From Tagaea sp. (GTDB lineage: Bacteria > Pseudomonadota > Alphaproteobacteria > CACIAM-22H2), in assembly GCA_965279525.1 (NCBI GenBank), contig CBDIIB010000005.1, forward strand, positions 640,001 to 704,000: DNA of 64,000 nt, in the 5' to 3' direction. The translations under genes were made by a program, and so were the position numbers. Below the pieces are notes generated by a model. That model was not told where the DNA came from. It did not search any database and worked only from the letters and a program-made list of their open reading frames with translations. Each line of letters opens with the position of its first letter. Positions within the stretch are counted from its first letter, which is position 1. Shown in pieces: positions 20,415 to 30,506 of the stretch.

Positions 20415-21635
20415 CTAGCCGTTGCGGGCCGGCTTCACGAGCAGGAAATTGAGGCCGCAGCCGACGACCGCCAGCACGAAGATCGTGGCGCACATCGGCA
20501 CGGGCGTGCCGTCTGCAAGGGCGGCCACCAGCAGGCCGGCGACGGCGCCGACCGCGAACTGCGTGAATCCCGCAAGCGCCGAGGCGGCACCCGCGATCTG
20601 CGGATGGTCGGCGAGTGCGCCCGCCATCGCGTTGGCCGCGATGAGCCCCATGCAGGCAAGGAACAGGAACAGCGGCACGACGATACCGGCAAGCCCGAAG
20701 GCGCCGGTGATGCCGGCGGCAAGCAGCACGGCCGCGAAGCCGACCGAGGCCACCAATCCGATGCGCATCGCCCGGTCGCTGCCATAGCGCAGCGCCAGCC
20801 GGCTGTTGAGATAGCTCGCCGCCATCATGCCCGCGACGTTGAGACCGAACAGGAAGCTGAACATGTCCGGCCCGACACCGAATATCTCGATATAGACGAA
20901 GGGCGTGCCCGATATATACGCGAACATGGCACCCAGCATCCCGGCCCCGCCCGCGACGTACCCCAGATAGCGCCCGTCGCGCATCAGCCGGAGATACGCG
21001 CCCGCAACCGAAGCGGCTCCGGCCGACCGCCGGCGCGCGGCCGGCAGCGTCTCGGGCTGGCGCCACAACGGAAGAAGCGGCAGGAGGCCGAGCAGGCCGA
21101 GAACCACGAAGATCGCGCGCCAGTCGGCGACCTTCAGGATCTGGCTGCCGACGACGGGTGCGAGCATCGGTGCCGCCCCCATCACCAGCATCATCAGCGA
21201 CAGCACGCTGGCACTCCGGTCCTTGTCGAAAACGTCGCGCACCATCGCGCGGGCAAGAACGGTCGCAGCCGCGGCACCCAGCGCCTGCACGACACGCCAC
21301 CCGGCAAGCGCCAGTGCATCACCGGCAAGCCAGCAGCCGACACTGCCCGCGACGAACAGCAGGAGACCGATCAGGCTCGGGCCGCGTCGGCCATACCGGT
21401 CGCCGATCGGACCCCAGATGAGCTGGCCCACCGCGAAGGCGAGGAAGAACCCCGACAGCGAAAGCTGGACTTGGTCCTGATCCGCGGCAAGTGCGCGCCC
21501 GATCGTCGGGAGAGCGGGCAGATACATGTCGACGGCCATCGGCGTGATGGCGAGCAGCATGCCGAGCGTGCCGACGAACGTCGCGTCGCTGCGCCAGCCT
21601 TCCGGTCTCGGTCCGCCCTTCAGGCTGTCGAACAT
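20415..21635 (-). CDS. Bcr/CflA family multidrug efflux MFS
   Basis: VDMYLPALP, GPIGDRYGRR, ARAMVRD; 12 TM. Confidence 0.9.
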   Translation of the reverse strand: MFDSLKGGPRPEGWRSDATFVGTLGMLLAITPMAVDMYLPALPTIGRALAADQDQVQLSLSGFFLAFAVGQLIWGPIGDRYGRRGPSLIGLLLFVAGSVGCWLAGDALALAGWRVVQALGAAAATVLARAMVRDVFDKDRSASVLSLMMLVMGAAPMLAPVVGSQILKVADWRAIFVVLGLLGLLPLLPLWRQPETLPAARRRSAGAASVAGAYLRLMRDGRYLGYVAGGAGMLGAMFAYISGTPFVYIEIFGVGPDMFSFLFGLNVAGMMAASYLNSRLALRYGSDRAMRIGLVASVGFAAVLLAAGITGAFGLAGIVVPLFLFLACMGLIAANAMAGALADHPQIAGAASALAGFTQFAVGAVAGLLVAALADGTPVPMCATIFVLAVVGCGLNFLLVKPARNG

Positions 21636-21743
21636 CGTGCGGGGTCTACCTGTCGGTCGGGGCGAGGTCGGATCGCGACTACACTAGAGATCCCGGCTAC
21701 AGAGGCAACCGATGCGGGAGGATGGCCAGCCATGCGCGCATCG

Positions 21744-21777
21744 CGCGCCTGTTACAGCCCTCGTCGCGCCTGTAACA
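21744..21777. promoter_or_regulatory. 13-bp direct repeat, putative operator between divergent MFS genes
   Basis: CGCGCCTGTTACA (21744) and CGCGCCTGTAACA (21765), 21-bp period. Confidence 0.45.
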
Positions 21778-21831
21778 CTGTGGTTCCGTCACGCGCTTGA
21801 ACCGATACCCCGCCGGATCGACAATGGTGCC

Positions 21832-23256
21832 ATGACGACCGATGAAGATACACGCGCCCTGCGGCGCTCGACGCGCATCGTTCCGCTGATCGCCGCAACG
21901 GCGCTGTTCGTCGAAAACCTGAACTCGACCGTCCTGTCGACGGCACTCGTCACGGTCGCGAAGGATTTCGGCGCAGACCCGGTCGTGCTGAAACTTGCAC
22001 TCACGTCGTACCTCGTCTCGCTCGCGGTTTTCGTTCCCGCATCGGGCTGGATCGCCGACCGGTTCGGAACGCGGACCGTTTTCTGCTGGGCGATGGGTGT
22101 ATTCGCCGTCGGCTCCGCCGGCTGCGCAATGTCGGAAGACCTGTGGACGCTGATCGCCGCGCGCGTCGTGCAAGGTGCGGGTGGCGCCATGATGATCCCG
22201 GTCGCGCGCCTCGTCGTGCTGCGCAGCGTGCCCAAGGCGGAACTGGTCGGCGCGCTCGCGATCCTGTCGATGCCCTCGCTGCTGGGGCCGATCGTCGGTC
22301 CACCGGTCGGCGGGTTCTTTGCGACCTATGTCTCGTGGCAGTGGATATTCTGGATCAACCTGCCGCTGACCGCAGCCGGAGTCCTGCTCGCGCGCCGCCT
22401 GCTGCCGCAGATCCGCGCGGAGACGGGATCGGCGTTCGACTTGCGCGGCTTCCTTTTGATCGGCCCGGGTCTGGCCCTGACGCTTACCGGTGTGACGATC
22501 TTCGGTCTCGACCGTATTCCGGCATGGATGGCGGGTGCTTCGTGCGCCGTGGGCCTTCTCCTGGTCGCCGTCTATTGCCGGCACGCACTGGCGATCGACA
22601 ACCCGGTCATCGACCTCCGGCTGCTGCGCATGACGACATTCCGCGTCGGGGTCATCGGCGGCTTCTTGTTCCGCGTCGGAGCGGGCGCCACGCCGTTCCT
22701 GCTGCCGCTGCTGCTGCAGGTCGGCTTCGGGATGAGCGCCTTCGCAAGCGGCACGCTGACATTCGCGACGGGCGTTGGCGCCTTTTCGATGAAACTCGTC
22801 GCGCCGCGCATCCTGCGCGCCGTCGGCTTCCGCCGCGTTCTCGTCTTCAACGGCGTGCTTGCCGCCGCCTTCGTGGCCCTTCCGGCGCTGTTCTGGGCCG
22901 GGATGCCGACGGCGGCGATACTTGTCCTCCTGCTTGCCGGAGGTTTCTCGCGCTCGCTGCAGTTCACGAGTTCCAACGTCGTGCTGTTCGCCGACATAGC
23001 GCCGGGCGACATGGCCCGCGCGACGACGTTCGTGGCGGTGCTGCAGGAACTCTCCGGATCGATCGGCATCGCGCTGGCGGCCCTTGTGCTCGACTGGGCC
23101 ACGCACCGCTCGGCATCCGGCATACTGACCGCTACCGAGTTCGGCTACGCCTTCTGGGTGGCCGGCGGGATCGCGAGCCTCGCAAGCATCGCCTTCCTCG
23201 CGATGCCGGCAAGTGCCGGGGCGTCCCTCGTCGGGCGCGCCAAATCGGGCGGTTGA
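21832..23256 (+). CDS. DHA2-type (EmrB/QacA-like) MFS transporter
   Basis: SGWIADRFGTR, ARVVQGAGGA, WQWIFWINLP; 14 TM pattern. Confidence 0.9.
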   Translation: MTTDEDTRALRRSTRIVPLIAATALFVENLNSTVLSTALVTVAKDFGADPVVLKLALTSYLVSLAVFVPASGWIADRFGTRTVFCWAMGVFAVGSAGCAMSEDLWTLIAARVVQGAGGAMMIPVARLVVLRSVPKAELVGALAILSMPSLLGPIVGPPVGGFFATYVSWQWIFWINLPLTAAGVLLARRLLPQIRAETGSAFDLRGFLLIGPGLALTLTGVTIFGLDRIPAWMAGASCAVGLLLVAVYCRHALAIDNPVIDLRLLRMTTFRVGVIGGFLFRVGAGATPFLLPLLLQVGFGMSAFASGTLTFATGVGAFSMKLVAPRILRAVGFRRVLVFNGVLAAAFVALPALFWAGMPTAAILVLLLAGGFSRSLQFTSSNVVLFADIAPGDMARATTFVAVLQELSGSIGIALAALVLDWATHRSASGILTATEFGYAFWVAGGIASLASIAFLAMPASAGASLVGRAKSGG

Positions 23257-23271
23257 CTGCCCGCATCCCCT

Positions 23272-25782
23272 TCAGGCCGCTTCTTCGTTGACGATCTCCG
23301 TCGGCAGATCGATGGTCACGGAAGTTCCGTGCCCCAGCTCGGTCTCGATCCCGAACCAGCCACCCTGCCCCTCGACCAGCTGGCGCGTGATCGCCAGCCC
23401 GAGACCCGTGCCTTCGCTGCTCGCGACATCTGGCCGCGTGGCGCGCACGAACGGCCGCCCGATATTCTCCAGCACGTCCGACGCGATGCCGGGCCCCTTG
23501 TCGGTGATGACGAACCGGGCTCGACGGGATTCGCCGCGGACCGAGACCGAGACGGACTGTCCGGCCGGCGAGAACTTGACCGCGTTCGACAGGAGATTGA
23601 GCAGGCATTGCTGCATGGCGCGACGGTCGCACAGGACACGCGTCGCGCATGCGATGTCGTGCGACAGGGATATCCGGCGGTTCGCCGCGATCGGCTGGAT
23701 GAGATCGAGCGCCTGCTCGATCATTTCCGCAGCGGCATGCGGCTCGATCTGGAACCGGAACGCGCCATTCTCGATTTTCGCGAGATCGAGTATGTCGTTG
23801 ACCAGATCCAGAAGATGCATCCCGCTCCGGCGGATGTCGGATATGTAGGCTTCCGTCTTGCCGTTGCCGACTTTTCCGACGCCGAGATTCAAGATGAGCT
23901 CGGAAAAGCCGATGATCGCGTTGAGAGGCGTGCGCAGTTCGTGGCTCATGTTCGCGAGAAACCGCGTTTTCGCCTCGCTCGCCTCCTGCGCGATCCTGAG
24001 CTGTTCGGAAAGCCGGTTCGTCAGCTGCGTCAACTTCTCGTTGGCGAAGTTTATTTCGCTCATGTCCTGTGCGATCGCCGCCACCTCCGGACGTCCCCGA
24101 TATTCGTAGCGCGACAGCGAGATCCGCGCGGGGAAGGCGGAGCCGTCACGCCGCCGCACCTGGATGTTGCCGGCGGGCGCAGCCCTCTCCGCGCGCGAAT
24201 CAGGATCTGAGAAGCAGCTCTCGACGAACACGCGGTCGCTCGGAGAAGCGTCGTCCGGGATCAGTATCTCGATCGGACGGCCGAGTATCTCGGCCCGTGA
24301 CCAGCCGAACAGCCTTTCAGCGGCAGCATTGAACATCGCTATGCGCCGATCGGCGTCGACCGTAAAGATCGCGTCTGGAGCCGAAGCAAGGATCGCGCGA
24401 AGCTGGTCGCGCGTTTCCAGAACCGCCAGGCTCGCTTCGACATGCTCCGTGATGTCCTGCTGTATTCCGATGAAATGCGTGACATGACCCTGGTCGTTGC
24501 GGATCGGTGAGATCCGCAGCCGGTTCCAGAACAGGCTGCCATCCTTTCGCCGATTGCGGATCGTGACTTCGCAGGACATACCGGCAGCAAGCTTGCTCCG
24601 GACTTCGCCGGACGCCGCCTGCGGCTCGATATCCCTGTTCAGGAACCGGCAGTTGCGCCCGATGACCTCGTCTCGCCGATAGCCCGTCAGTTCGTGGAAG
24701 TGGCTGTTGGCATAGACGATCGGGTGGTCGCCGGCCGCCTCGGCGACGACGATACCGCACGTCGCCGAATCCACCGCCAGGCTCTTCAGGGCCAGCTCGG
24801 CGCGCAGCTTCTCCTCATCCGTCACGTCGATCGTCACGCCGACCGCATGCTCGGGCTGGCCGGATCCGCCGACGATGAAGTCGGCGAAGGTCGTGACGTT
24901 GCGGACCTCGCCGGACGGCCGGCGGATCCGATAACCGATCTTGAGCGAAGCCGGTGCGTCGTGCGCCCGCTTGAAGGCATCGCCGACCCGCCCGACATCG
25001 TCTTCGTGGACAAGTTCTCGATAGGTATCGAAGGTGACCTCGAATTTCGCCGGATCCGTCCCCATGATCTGATGTTCGATCGCATCCCAGTCGAGGCGCC
25101 CGGCGCGGAAGTCGTAGTTCCAGACGCCGATCGACGCGATCTGGCGGGCGAGCGTCGAGGTCTGGTCGGCGATCTTCCGGCGGTCGCGCTCGTCGACGAC
25201 GGCCAGCATCTGCTCGAGAAGACAGCCGAGAAGCACGATGCCGATCAGGTTGCCCAAGGCAAGGACGTGCCAGAACCGCCCGAGAATGCTGATCCCGCGC
25301 TCGATTGATTGGCCGATGAAGAAGGCCGGCAGCACCGCGACCGTCGCAAGAGCGGCAAGCGCCGCGAATCGTAAAAGCCCGATCTCGCCGGTCCTGCGAT
25401 GCCGGATCGCATGGGCAAAGGCGATTCCCGCAGCGGCATAGAACAGGAAGCTCGCCGCGCCGCCGATCGCCGCGGGACCGCCCACATTGTAACGCGCCAC
25501 GGCGCCGAGGCCGGCTGCGAGCAGGCTGCCGAGCGGCCCCGCGAACACGCCGGCCAGCACGATCGGCGCGGCGCGCGTGTCGAAAGTGGCACCCAGAGGC
25601 CCCGGAACCGGAACCTGCACGACGACGATCGAGATGGCGCCGAGAACCAGTCCGAACGCGAGCTTCTGGACCTGGCTGCGCGGCCGGAGTCCGAAGTTGG
25701 TCACGATGATGAATATCAGGGATGCCGCGAGAGCGAGCAGCCCGATATTCGCCGTCAGGGCCATGAGTGTCGCGGCCTGCAT
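23272..25782 (-). CDS. Membrane sensor histidine kinase: 5TM-LytS-like, PAS, LOV, PAS, HisKA, HATPase
   Basis: TFDTR...GPLG 5TM motif; GRNCRFL LOV motif; ANMSHELRTPLN H-box; NLLSNAVKF, DKGPGI, GTGLGL. Confidence 0.88.
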   Translation of the reverse strand: MQAATLMALTANIGLLALAASLIFIIVTNFGLRPRSQVQKLAFGLVLGAISIVVVQVPVPGPLGATFDTRAAPIVLAGVFAGPLGSLLAAGLGAVARYNVGGPAAIGGAASFLFYAAAGIAFAHAIRHRRTGEIGLLRFAALAALATVAVLPAFFIGQSIERGISILGRFWHVLALGNLIGIVLLGCLLEQMLAVVDERDRRKIADQTSTLARQIASIGVWNYDFRAGRLDWDAIEHQIMGTDPAKFEVTFDTYRELVHEDDVGRVGDAFKRAHDAPASLKIGYRIRRPSGEVRNVTTFADFIVGGSGQPEHAVGVTIDVTDEEKLRAELALKSLAVDSATCGIVVAEAAGDHPIVYANSHFHELTGYRRDEVIGRNCRFLNRDIEPQAASGEVRSKLAAGMSCEVTIRNRRKDGSLFWNRLRISPIRNDQGHVTHFIGIQQDITEHVEASLAVLETRDQLRAILASAPDAIFTVDADRRIAMFNAAAERLFGWSRAEILGRPIEILIPDDASPSDRVFVESCFSDPDSRAERAAPAGNIQVRRRDGSAFPARISLSRYEYRGRPEVAAIAQDMSEINFANEKLTQLTNRLSEQLRIAQEASEAKTRFLANMSHELRTPLNAIIGFSELILNLGVGKVGNGKTEAYISDIRRSGMHLLDLVNDILDLAKIENGAFRFQIEPHAAAEMIEQALDLIQPIAANRRISLSHDIACATRVLCDRRAMQQCLLNLLSNAVKFSPAGQSVSVSVRGESRRARFVITDKGPGIASDVLENIGRPFVRATRPDVASSEGTGLGLAITRQLVEGQGGWFGIETELGHGTSVTIDLPTEIVNEEAA

Positions 25783-25861
25783 TGCATGCTGCTCCTGCGG
25801 CAAGCCTTGGTTCTCCGTTCCACCGGTAAATCCAGCGGACGGCCCTATCGTGCGCGGCGCG

Positions 25862-27355
25862 TCAGGCGGCGAGTGCCGCCGACGCTTCGCGCGCTTCCTT
25901 CGTCGAGCGGTCGGCAGAGCCGGTCGCCTGCGCGATCGCCTTGACGCTGTTGGTGATGTTTTCAACGGCGACAGCCGCCGTCTGCATGTTCTGCGACATG
26001 TCGCGGGTAACCGCGCTCTGCTCCTCCACCGCACTCGCCGTCGAACCGACATACTCGCGGACCGATTCGATAGACTGGCGGATGTTCGCCAGTCCTTCGA
26101 CGACCTCCTTCGCGATCACCTGGAGTCCGCCGATTTCCGTCCCGATCTTCTCGGTGGCTTCGGCTGCCTGGCGCGCGAGATTCTTCACCTCCGAGGCGAC
26201 CACCGCAAAGCCCTTTCCGGCATCGCCCGCACGCGCCGATTCGATCGTCGCGTTCAGTGCCAGGAGGTTGATCTGGCCCGCGATGTTCTGGATCAGCGAT
26301 ACGATGCCGGTCATGGCTTGTGCGGCGGCAGTCATGCGCTGGGTCGATGCGTCCGCCTCGCCGGCACGCCGGAAGGCATGATCGGCTTCGGTCCGCGACT
26401 TGCTCATGCTCTGCGATATCTCGAGGACGGAGGCGTTGAGCTGCTCGGCGCCCGCCGCCACCGCCTGCACGTTTGCGGTCGTCTGCGTCGAAGCCGACGC
26501 GGCCGATGTCGCCTGCGCGCTGGCATCCGAAACGGCGGTGTCGATCACGGTCAGGCTTTCGTCGATCATCTTGCGCGCCTTCTCGTTCTTCTGGCGGGCA
26601 ATGACGAGCGCCGTCACGTCGGTCGCGAACTTGACGACCTTGAAGGGCTTGCCGTTCATGTCGAGGATCGGATTGTACGAGGCCTGGATCCAGATCTCGC
26701 GTCCGCCCTTGCCGATGCGCTTGAACTCGTCGGACTTGTACTCGCCGCGGCGGAGTCCCTCCCAGAACTGGGCGTACTCCCTGCCGCGCTTGTACTCCGG
26801 TTCGACGAACATGCTGTGATGCTGGCCGCGGATCTCCTCGATCGTGTAGCCCACGGCGCCGAGAAAATTCTGGTTGGCGTCGATGATCTTGCCGTCGAGA
26901 TCGAACTGAATGACGGCCGACGAGCGGCCGATCGCCGCGATCTGGCCTTCGAAGTCGGCACTGCGCAGCTTGTCCTTTGTCACGTCCGAGGCGAATTTCA
27001 CGACCCGTACCGGCTTGCCGGAACCGTCGAGGATCGGATTGTACGAGGCACGGATCCAGATTTCCCTGCCGTCCTTTCCAAGGCGCCGGTACTCGGCCGC
27101 CTGGAACTCGCCGCGATTGAGACGCGCCCAGAATTCGGCGTAGGCCGGGCTGCTACGCTCGGCGGGATCGACGAACATGCTGTGGTGCTTGCCGGCGATC
27201 TCCGCGAGCGTATAGCCGAGCGTGTCGAGGAAATTCTTGTTGGCAGTGACGATGGTGCCGTCGAGCTTGAATTCGATGATGGCCTGCGAACGGTCGAGCG
27301 CCGCAAGCTTGCCTTGGAGGTCTGACTTGTCGGCGCTGCTGGCGAATCCGAACAT
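25862..27355 (-). CDS. Soluble PAS-PAS methyl-accepting chemotaxis protein (BdlA-like)
   Basis: AGGAGGAG RBS; two repeats of AIIEF..DG..ANxNFL...WIxASYNPI; QINLLALNATIESARAGDAGKGFAVVASEVK. Confidence 0.92.
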   Translation of the reverse strand: MFGFASSADKSDLQGKLAALDRSQAIIEFKLDGTIVTANKNFLDTLGYTLAEIAGKHHSMFVDPAERSSPAYAEFWARLNRGEFQAAEYRRLGKDGREIWIRASYNPILDGSGKPVRVVKFASDVTKDKLRSADFEGQIAAIGRSSAVIQFDLDGKIIDANQNFLGAVGYTIEEIRGQHHSMFVEPEYKRGREYAQFWEGLRRGEYKSDEFKRIGKGGREIWIQASYNPILDMNGKPFKVVKFATDVTALVIARQKNEKARKMIDESLTVIDTAVSDASAQATSAASASTQTTANVQAVAAGAEQLNASVLEISQSMSKSRTEADHAFRRAGEADASTQRMTAAAQAMTGIVSLIQNIAGQINLLALNATIESARAGDAGKGFAVVASEVKNLARQAAEATEKIGTEIGGLQVIAKEVVEGLANIRQSIESVREYVGSTASAVEEQSAVTRDMSQNMQTAAVAVENITNSVKAIAQATGSADRSTKEAREASAALAA

Positions 27356-27525
27356 GAGCGTCTCCTCCTGAGATTTCTTCTCTCCTCCAGTTAGAGACAC
27401 TATTTGTGTATTAATGATTAACGGATCAGACAGGCGCAATGACGACGGGAACGCGCCCGACATGCACGAGCCGGCGATGTCCGCTCGCGGCGAAGCTCCG
27501 GCGATATGTCCGATGCGTCAGTTCG

Positions 27526-29007
27526 TTAGGTCTGGAGGCGGCGGCCGTAGATACGCATCGCCAAGGGCGCCATCACCGCGATCAATGCGCACGCGAGCAG
27601 CGTCGCGGAGATCGGCCGCGTGAAGAATATCTCGATGCTTCCATGCGACAGCGTCATCGACTGGCGCAACGAATTCTCGAAGATCGTCCCCAGCACGAGC
27701 CCAAGGATCATGGGTGCGGCCGGCCAGTCGTACCGCATCATGGCCCAGCCGAGCGCGCCGAAGCCGACGAGCATCCATACGTCCTCGATCGAGTTCGCCT
27801 GCGAATAGACGCCCGCCACGCACAGCGCCAGGATCGGCGGATAGAGCCACGAATACGGCACGCGCAGCAGCTGCGCGAACAGCCCGGCCAGCGGCAGGTT
27901 CATGACCAGCAGGATCGCGTTGCCGATATACATGCTGGCGATGACGGTCCACACCAGTTCGGCGTTCTTGTCGAACAGCTCCGGCCCTGGGCGGATGCCG
28001 AACATGATGAGGGCGCCGAGGATGATCGCCGTCGTGCCCGAACCCGGGACGCCGAGGGCCAGCATCGGCACCATTGCACCCGCTGCCGCGGCGTTGTTCG
28101 AGGATTCCGGGCCGGCGACGCCTTCGATGGCGCCCTTGCCGAAGCGCGACGGATCCTTGGCGACCTTCTTTTCGACGATATACGAGATGAAAGAGGCGAT
28201 GGTGGCGCCTGTCGCGGGCAGAACGCCGACGACGAAACCGATGATGCTCCCCCGCAGGATCGGCATGCGGCTTTGCTTCCATTCGGCGCGCGAGGGCAGC
28301 AGGTTCTTGATGGTCGTGATCGGTCTCGGCGTGGTCATGCCGGCACTCGAAAGCACTTCGCCGACGCCGAACAGGGCGACCGTCAGCACGATGAATCCCA
28401 CCCCGTCGAGCAGCCAGATCCTGTCGAAGGCGAAACGCGCGACACCCGTCTGCTGGTCGATGCCGATCGTGCTGATGAGCAGGCCTGCCATGCCGGTCGT
28501 CAGGCCCTTCAGCACCGATCCGCCGACCGCGGCTAGTGCGGTGAGGCCGAGAACGACAAGCGCGAAATACTCCGGCGGGCCGAAGGCAAGTGCCGCCTTG
28601 GCCAAGGGCGGGGCCAGCAGCATGAGCCCGATCGTCGAAATGGTTCCGGCAATGAACGAGCCGATCGCGGCGATCCCCAGTGCCGCACCGGCACGGCCTT
28701 GCAGGGCCATCTGATAGCCGTCGATGCTGGTCATCACGCTTGAAGGCTCGCCCGGAACGCTGATGAGCACCGACGTGAGCGTCCCGCCATACTGCGCGCC
28801 GTAATAGATGCCCGCGAACAGGATGATCGCCGACGTCGGGTCCGAGCCGAACGTCAGCGGCAGCAGGAGGGCGATCGCCGACGACGGGCCGATCCCCGGA
28901 AGGGCACCGACGAGCTGGCCGGCGAAGACGCCGGCAAAGCACATCAGCAGGTTCCAGGGGGTCAGCGCGCCGGCAAAGCCGGCCGCAAGATCGTAGAGGA
29001 CCGACAT
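27526..29007 (-). CDS. tctA: Tripartite tricarboxylate transporter large permease
   Basis: GALPGIG, GIYYGAQYGG, GVAGPESSNNA, LGVPGS. Confidence 0.92.
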   Translation of the reverse strand: MSVLYDLAAGFAGALTPWNLLMCFAGVFAGQLVGALPGIGPSSAIALLLPLTFGSDPTSAIILFAGIYYGAQYGGTLTSVLISVPGEPSSVMTSIDGYQMALQGRAGAALGIAAIGSFIAGTISTIGLMLLAPPLAKAALAFGPPEYFALVVLGLTALAAVGGSVLKGLTTGMAGLLISTIGIDQQTGVARFAFDRIWLLDGVGFIVLTVALFGVGEVLSSAGMTTPRPITTIKNLLPSRAEWKQSRMPILRGSIIGFVVGVLPATGATIASFISYIVEKKVAKDPSRFGKGAIEGVAGPESSNNAAAAGAMVPMLALGVPGSGTTAIILGALIMFGIRPGPELFDKNAELVWTVIASMYIGNAILLVMNLPLAGLFAQLLRVPYSWLYPPILALCVAGVYSQANSIEDVWMLVGFGALGWAMMRYDWPAAPMILGLVLGTIFENSLRQSMTLSHGSIEIFFTRPISATLLACALIAVMAPLAMRIYGRRLQT

Positions 29008-29010
29008 CTC

Positions 29011-29466
29011 TCAGAACCCCCAGGGCCCGACGGGCAACGGCACGCCGAGCCAGGTCCGGAACACGAGCGTGAGGACGAGTGAAGATCCCGCCGCCACGCC
29101 TGCCGACGTGACCAGCGGCAACCGCTCGGCGACGCGGAACAGGAACAGCATCGAGAGGAACATGGAGGCGAAGAATCCGGCGGACTCGATCCCCGCCACA
29201 CCCGCGGCGAGCGCCAGGACGATCATCAGCGGCCGGCCTGGCGGGCTCTTCGCTTCGCCATCGCCGTCCGCCGACAGCACATCGACGGCGGTGGCGGCGA
29301 TGCCGAGCACGGCCAGAAGCACGCCGTAGACGAGTGGCAGGAATCCTGTCGCGGGCGCGAAGCCTTCCCATAACGGAAGACCCGACGCGCCCGCGACCCA
29401 GAAAGCACCCGTCGCGATGAAGACCGTGCAGAGGGCAAGCTCGCCCCCCATGGCGCGAAGCCGCAT
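29011..29466 (-). CDS. tctB: Tripartite tricarboxylate transporter small permease
   Basis: 4 TM, GFLP, LGVPLPVG; between tctC and tctA. Confidence 0.8.
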   Translation of the reverse strand: MRLRAMGGELALCTVFIATGAFWVAGASGLPLWEGFAPATGFLPLVYGVLLAVLGIAATAVDVLSADGDGEAKSPPGRPLMIVLALAAGVAGIESAGFFASMFLSMLFLFRVAERLPLVTSAGVAAGSSLVLTLVFRTWLGVPLPVGPWGF

Positions 29467-29469
29467 CGC

Positions 29470-30441
29470 TCAGGCCGGCTTGCCGAGAAGGTCCCGGTAG
29501 AGCTTTTCCTGGTCTTCAAGGAACTTCGCGAAGGCAGCACCCGGGATCGGGGCTTCCGAGGCGATGTTTTCGGCGATATAGGCCTTGAACGTCGGCGAAG
29601 CGACGACTTTGGCAAACACGCCTTCCCAATAGCGCGCGGCATCGTCCGGTGCGCCCTTGGGCACGGCCATCCCGCGCCACATCTGGAAATTCGGCGCGTT
29701 GAACCCCTGCTCCTTCATCGTCGGCACGTCCGGCAGCGCCGTGAACCGCGTGTCGCGGAACACGCCGAGTGCCCTCACTGCCTTCGACTGCAGATGGCCC
29801 ATGAACTCGAGCGGATTTCCCATGCAAGCCTGCACGTGGCCGCCGAGCAGCTGGGTGAGTGCTTCGCCGCCGCTGTTGAAGTTCAGCATGTTGTATTCGG
29901 CACCGGTCGTCTTGGCGAAGATCGTTACCGCCATCACGTCGGTGGTGCCGCCGGTCGCGAAGGCCAGGGATTTCGGCGGGCGGGACCTGGCGGTCGCGAC
30001 GAAGTCCTTCGAGTCCTTCCAGGGCGCATCGCCCTTCACGAACAGCAGGAAATCGTCGAGCATGACGTTCATCACCGGCCGGACCTCCGACAGCGTCTTG
30101 GCCGCGGGGTTGAGGATCGGCGTGATCTGCGTCGTGCCGTTGACCAAGATGATCGTGTGCGGATCGGCCGCCTTGCGCGAGGTGACGTAGCCCAGACCCG
30201 TCGCGCCGCCGCCACCCGGACGGTTGTTGAGCGCGATGGAGACAGGTACGAGCTTCTCCTCGACGATGATCTTGTGGATCACGCGCGCGAGCAGGTCGGC
30301 ACCGCCGCCGGTCGCGAACGGCACAACGAACTCGACCTCGCGCGTCGGGACCCAGGCACCCTGGGCCGAAGCGCGCGTCGAGGCACCGATAATCGGAGCG
30401 GCCGCGGCCGCCAGCAGGAGCGAACGTCGGGTAATCATCAT
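29470..30441 (-). CDS. tctC: Tripartite tricarboxylate transporter substrate-binding protein (Bug/TctC)
   Basis: GGGAGG RBS, TRRSLL Tat-like signal, VPFATGGGADLLAR, NRPGGGG, PDVPTMKE. Confidence 0.88.
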   Translation of the reverse strand: MMITRRSLLLAAAAAPIIGASTRASAQGAWVPTREVEFVVPFATGGGADLLARVIHKIIVEEKLVPVSIALNNRPGGGGATGLGYVTSRKAADPHTIILVNGTTQITPILNPAAKTLSEVRPVMNVMLDDFLLFVKGDAPWKDSKDFVATARSRPPKSLAFATGGTTDVMAVTIFAKTTGAEYNMLNFNSGGEALTQLLGGHVQACMGNPLEFMGHLQSKAVRALGVFRDTRFTALPDVPTMKEQGFNAPNFQMWRGMAVPKGAPDDAARYWEGVFAKVVASPTFKAYIAENIASEAPIPGAAFAKFLEDQEKLYRDLLGKPA

Positions 30442-30506
30442 CGGATCCTCCCTTGTGTTTTGTTGTTTTATGTTCGTTTTACAGACTAGGACGGGTGCTG
30501 CCGTTG

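Noticed and set aside
27361-27422. Possible CtrA site and duplicated RBS upstream of the chemoreceptor
   Set aside because: TTAA half-sites are 3 nt apart, not 7; evidence too weak
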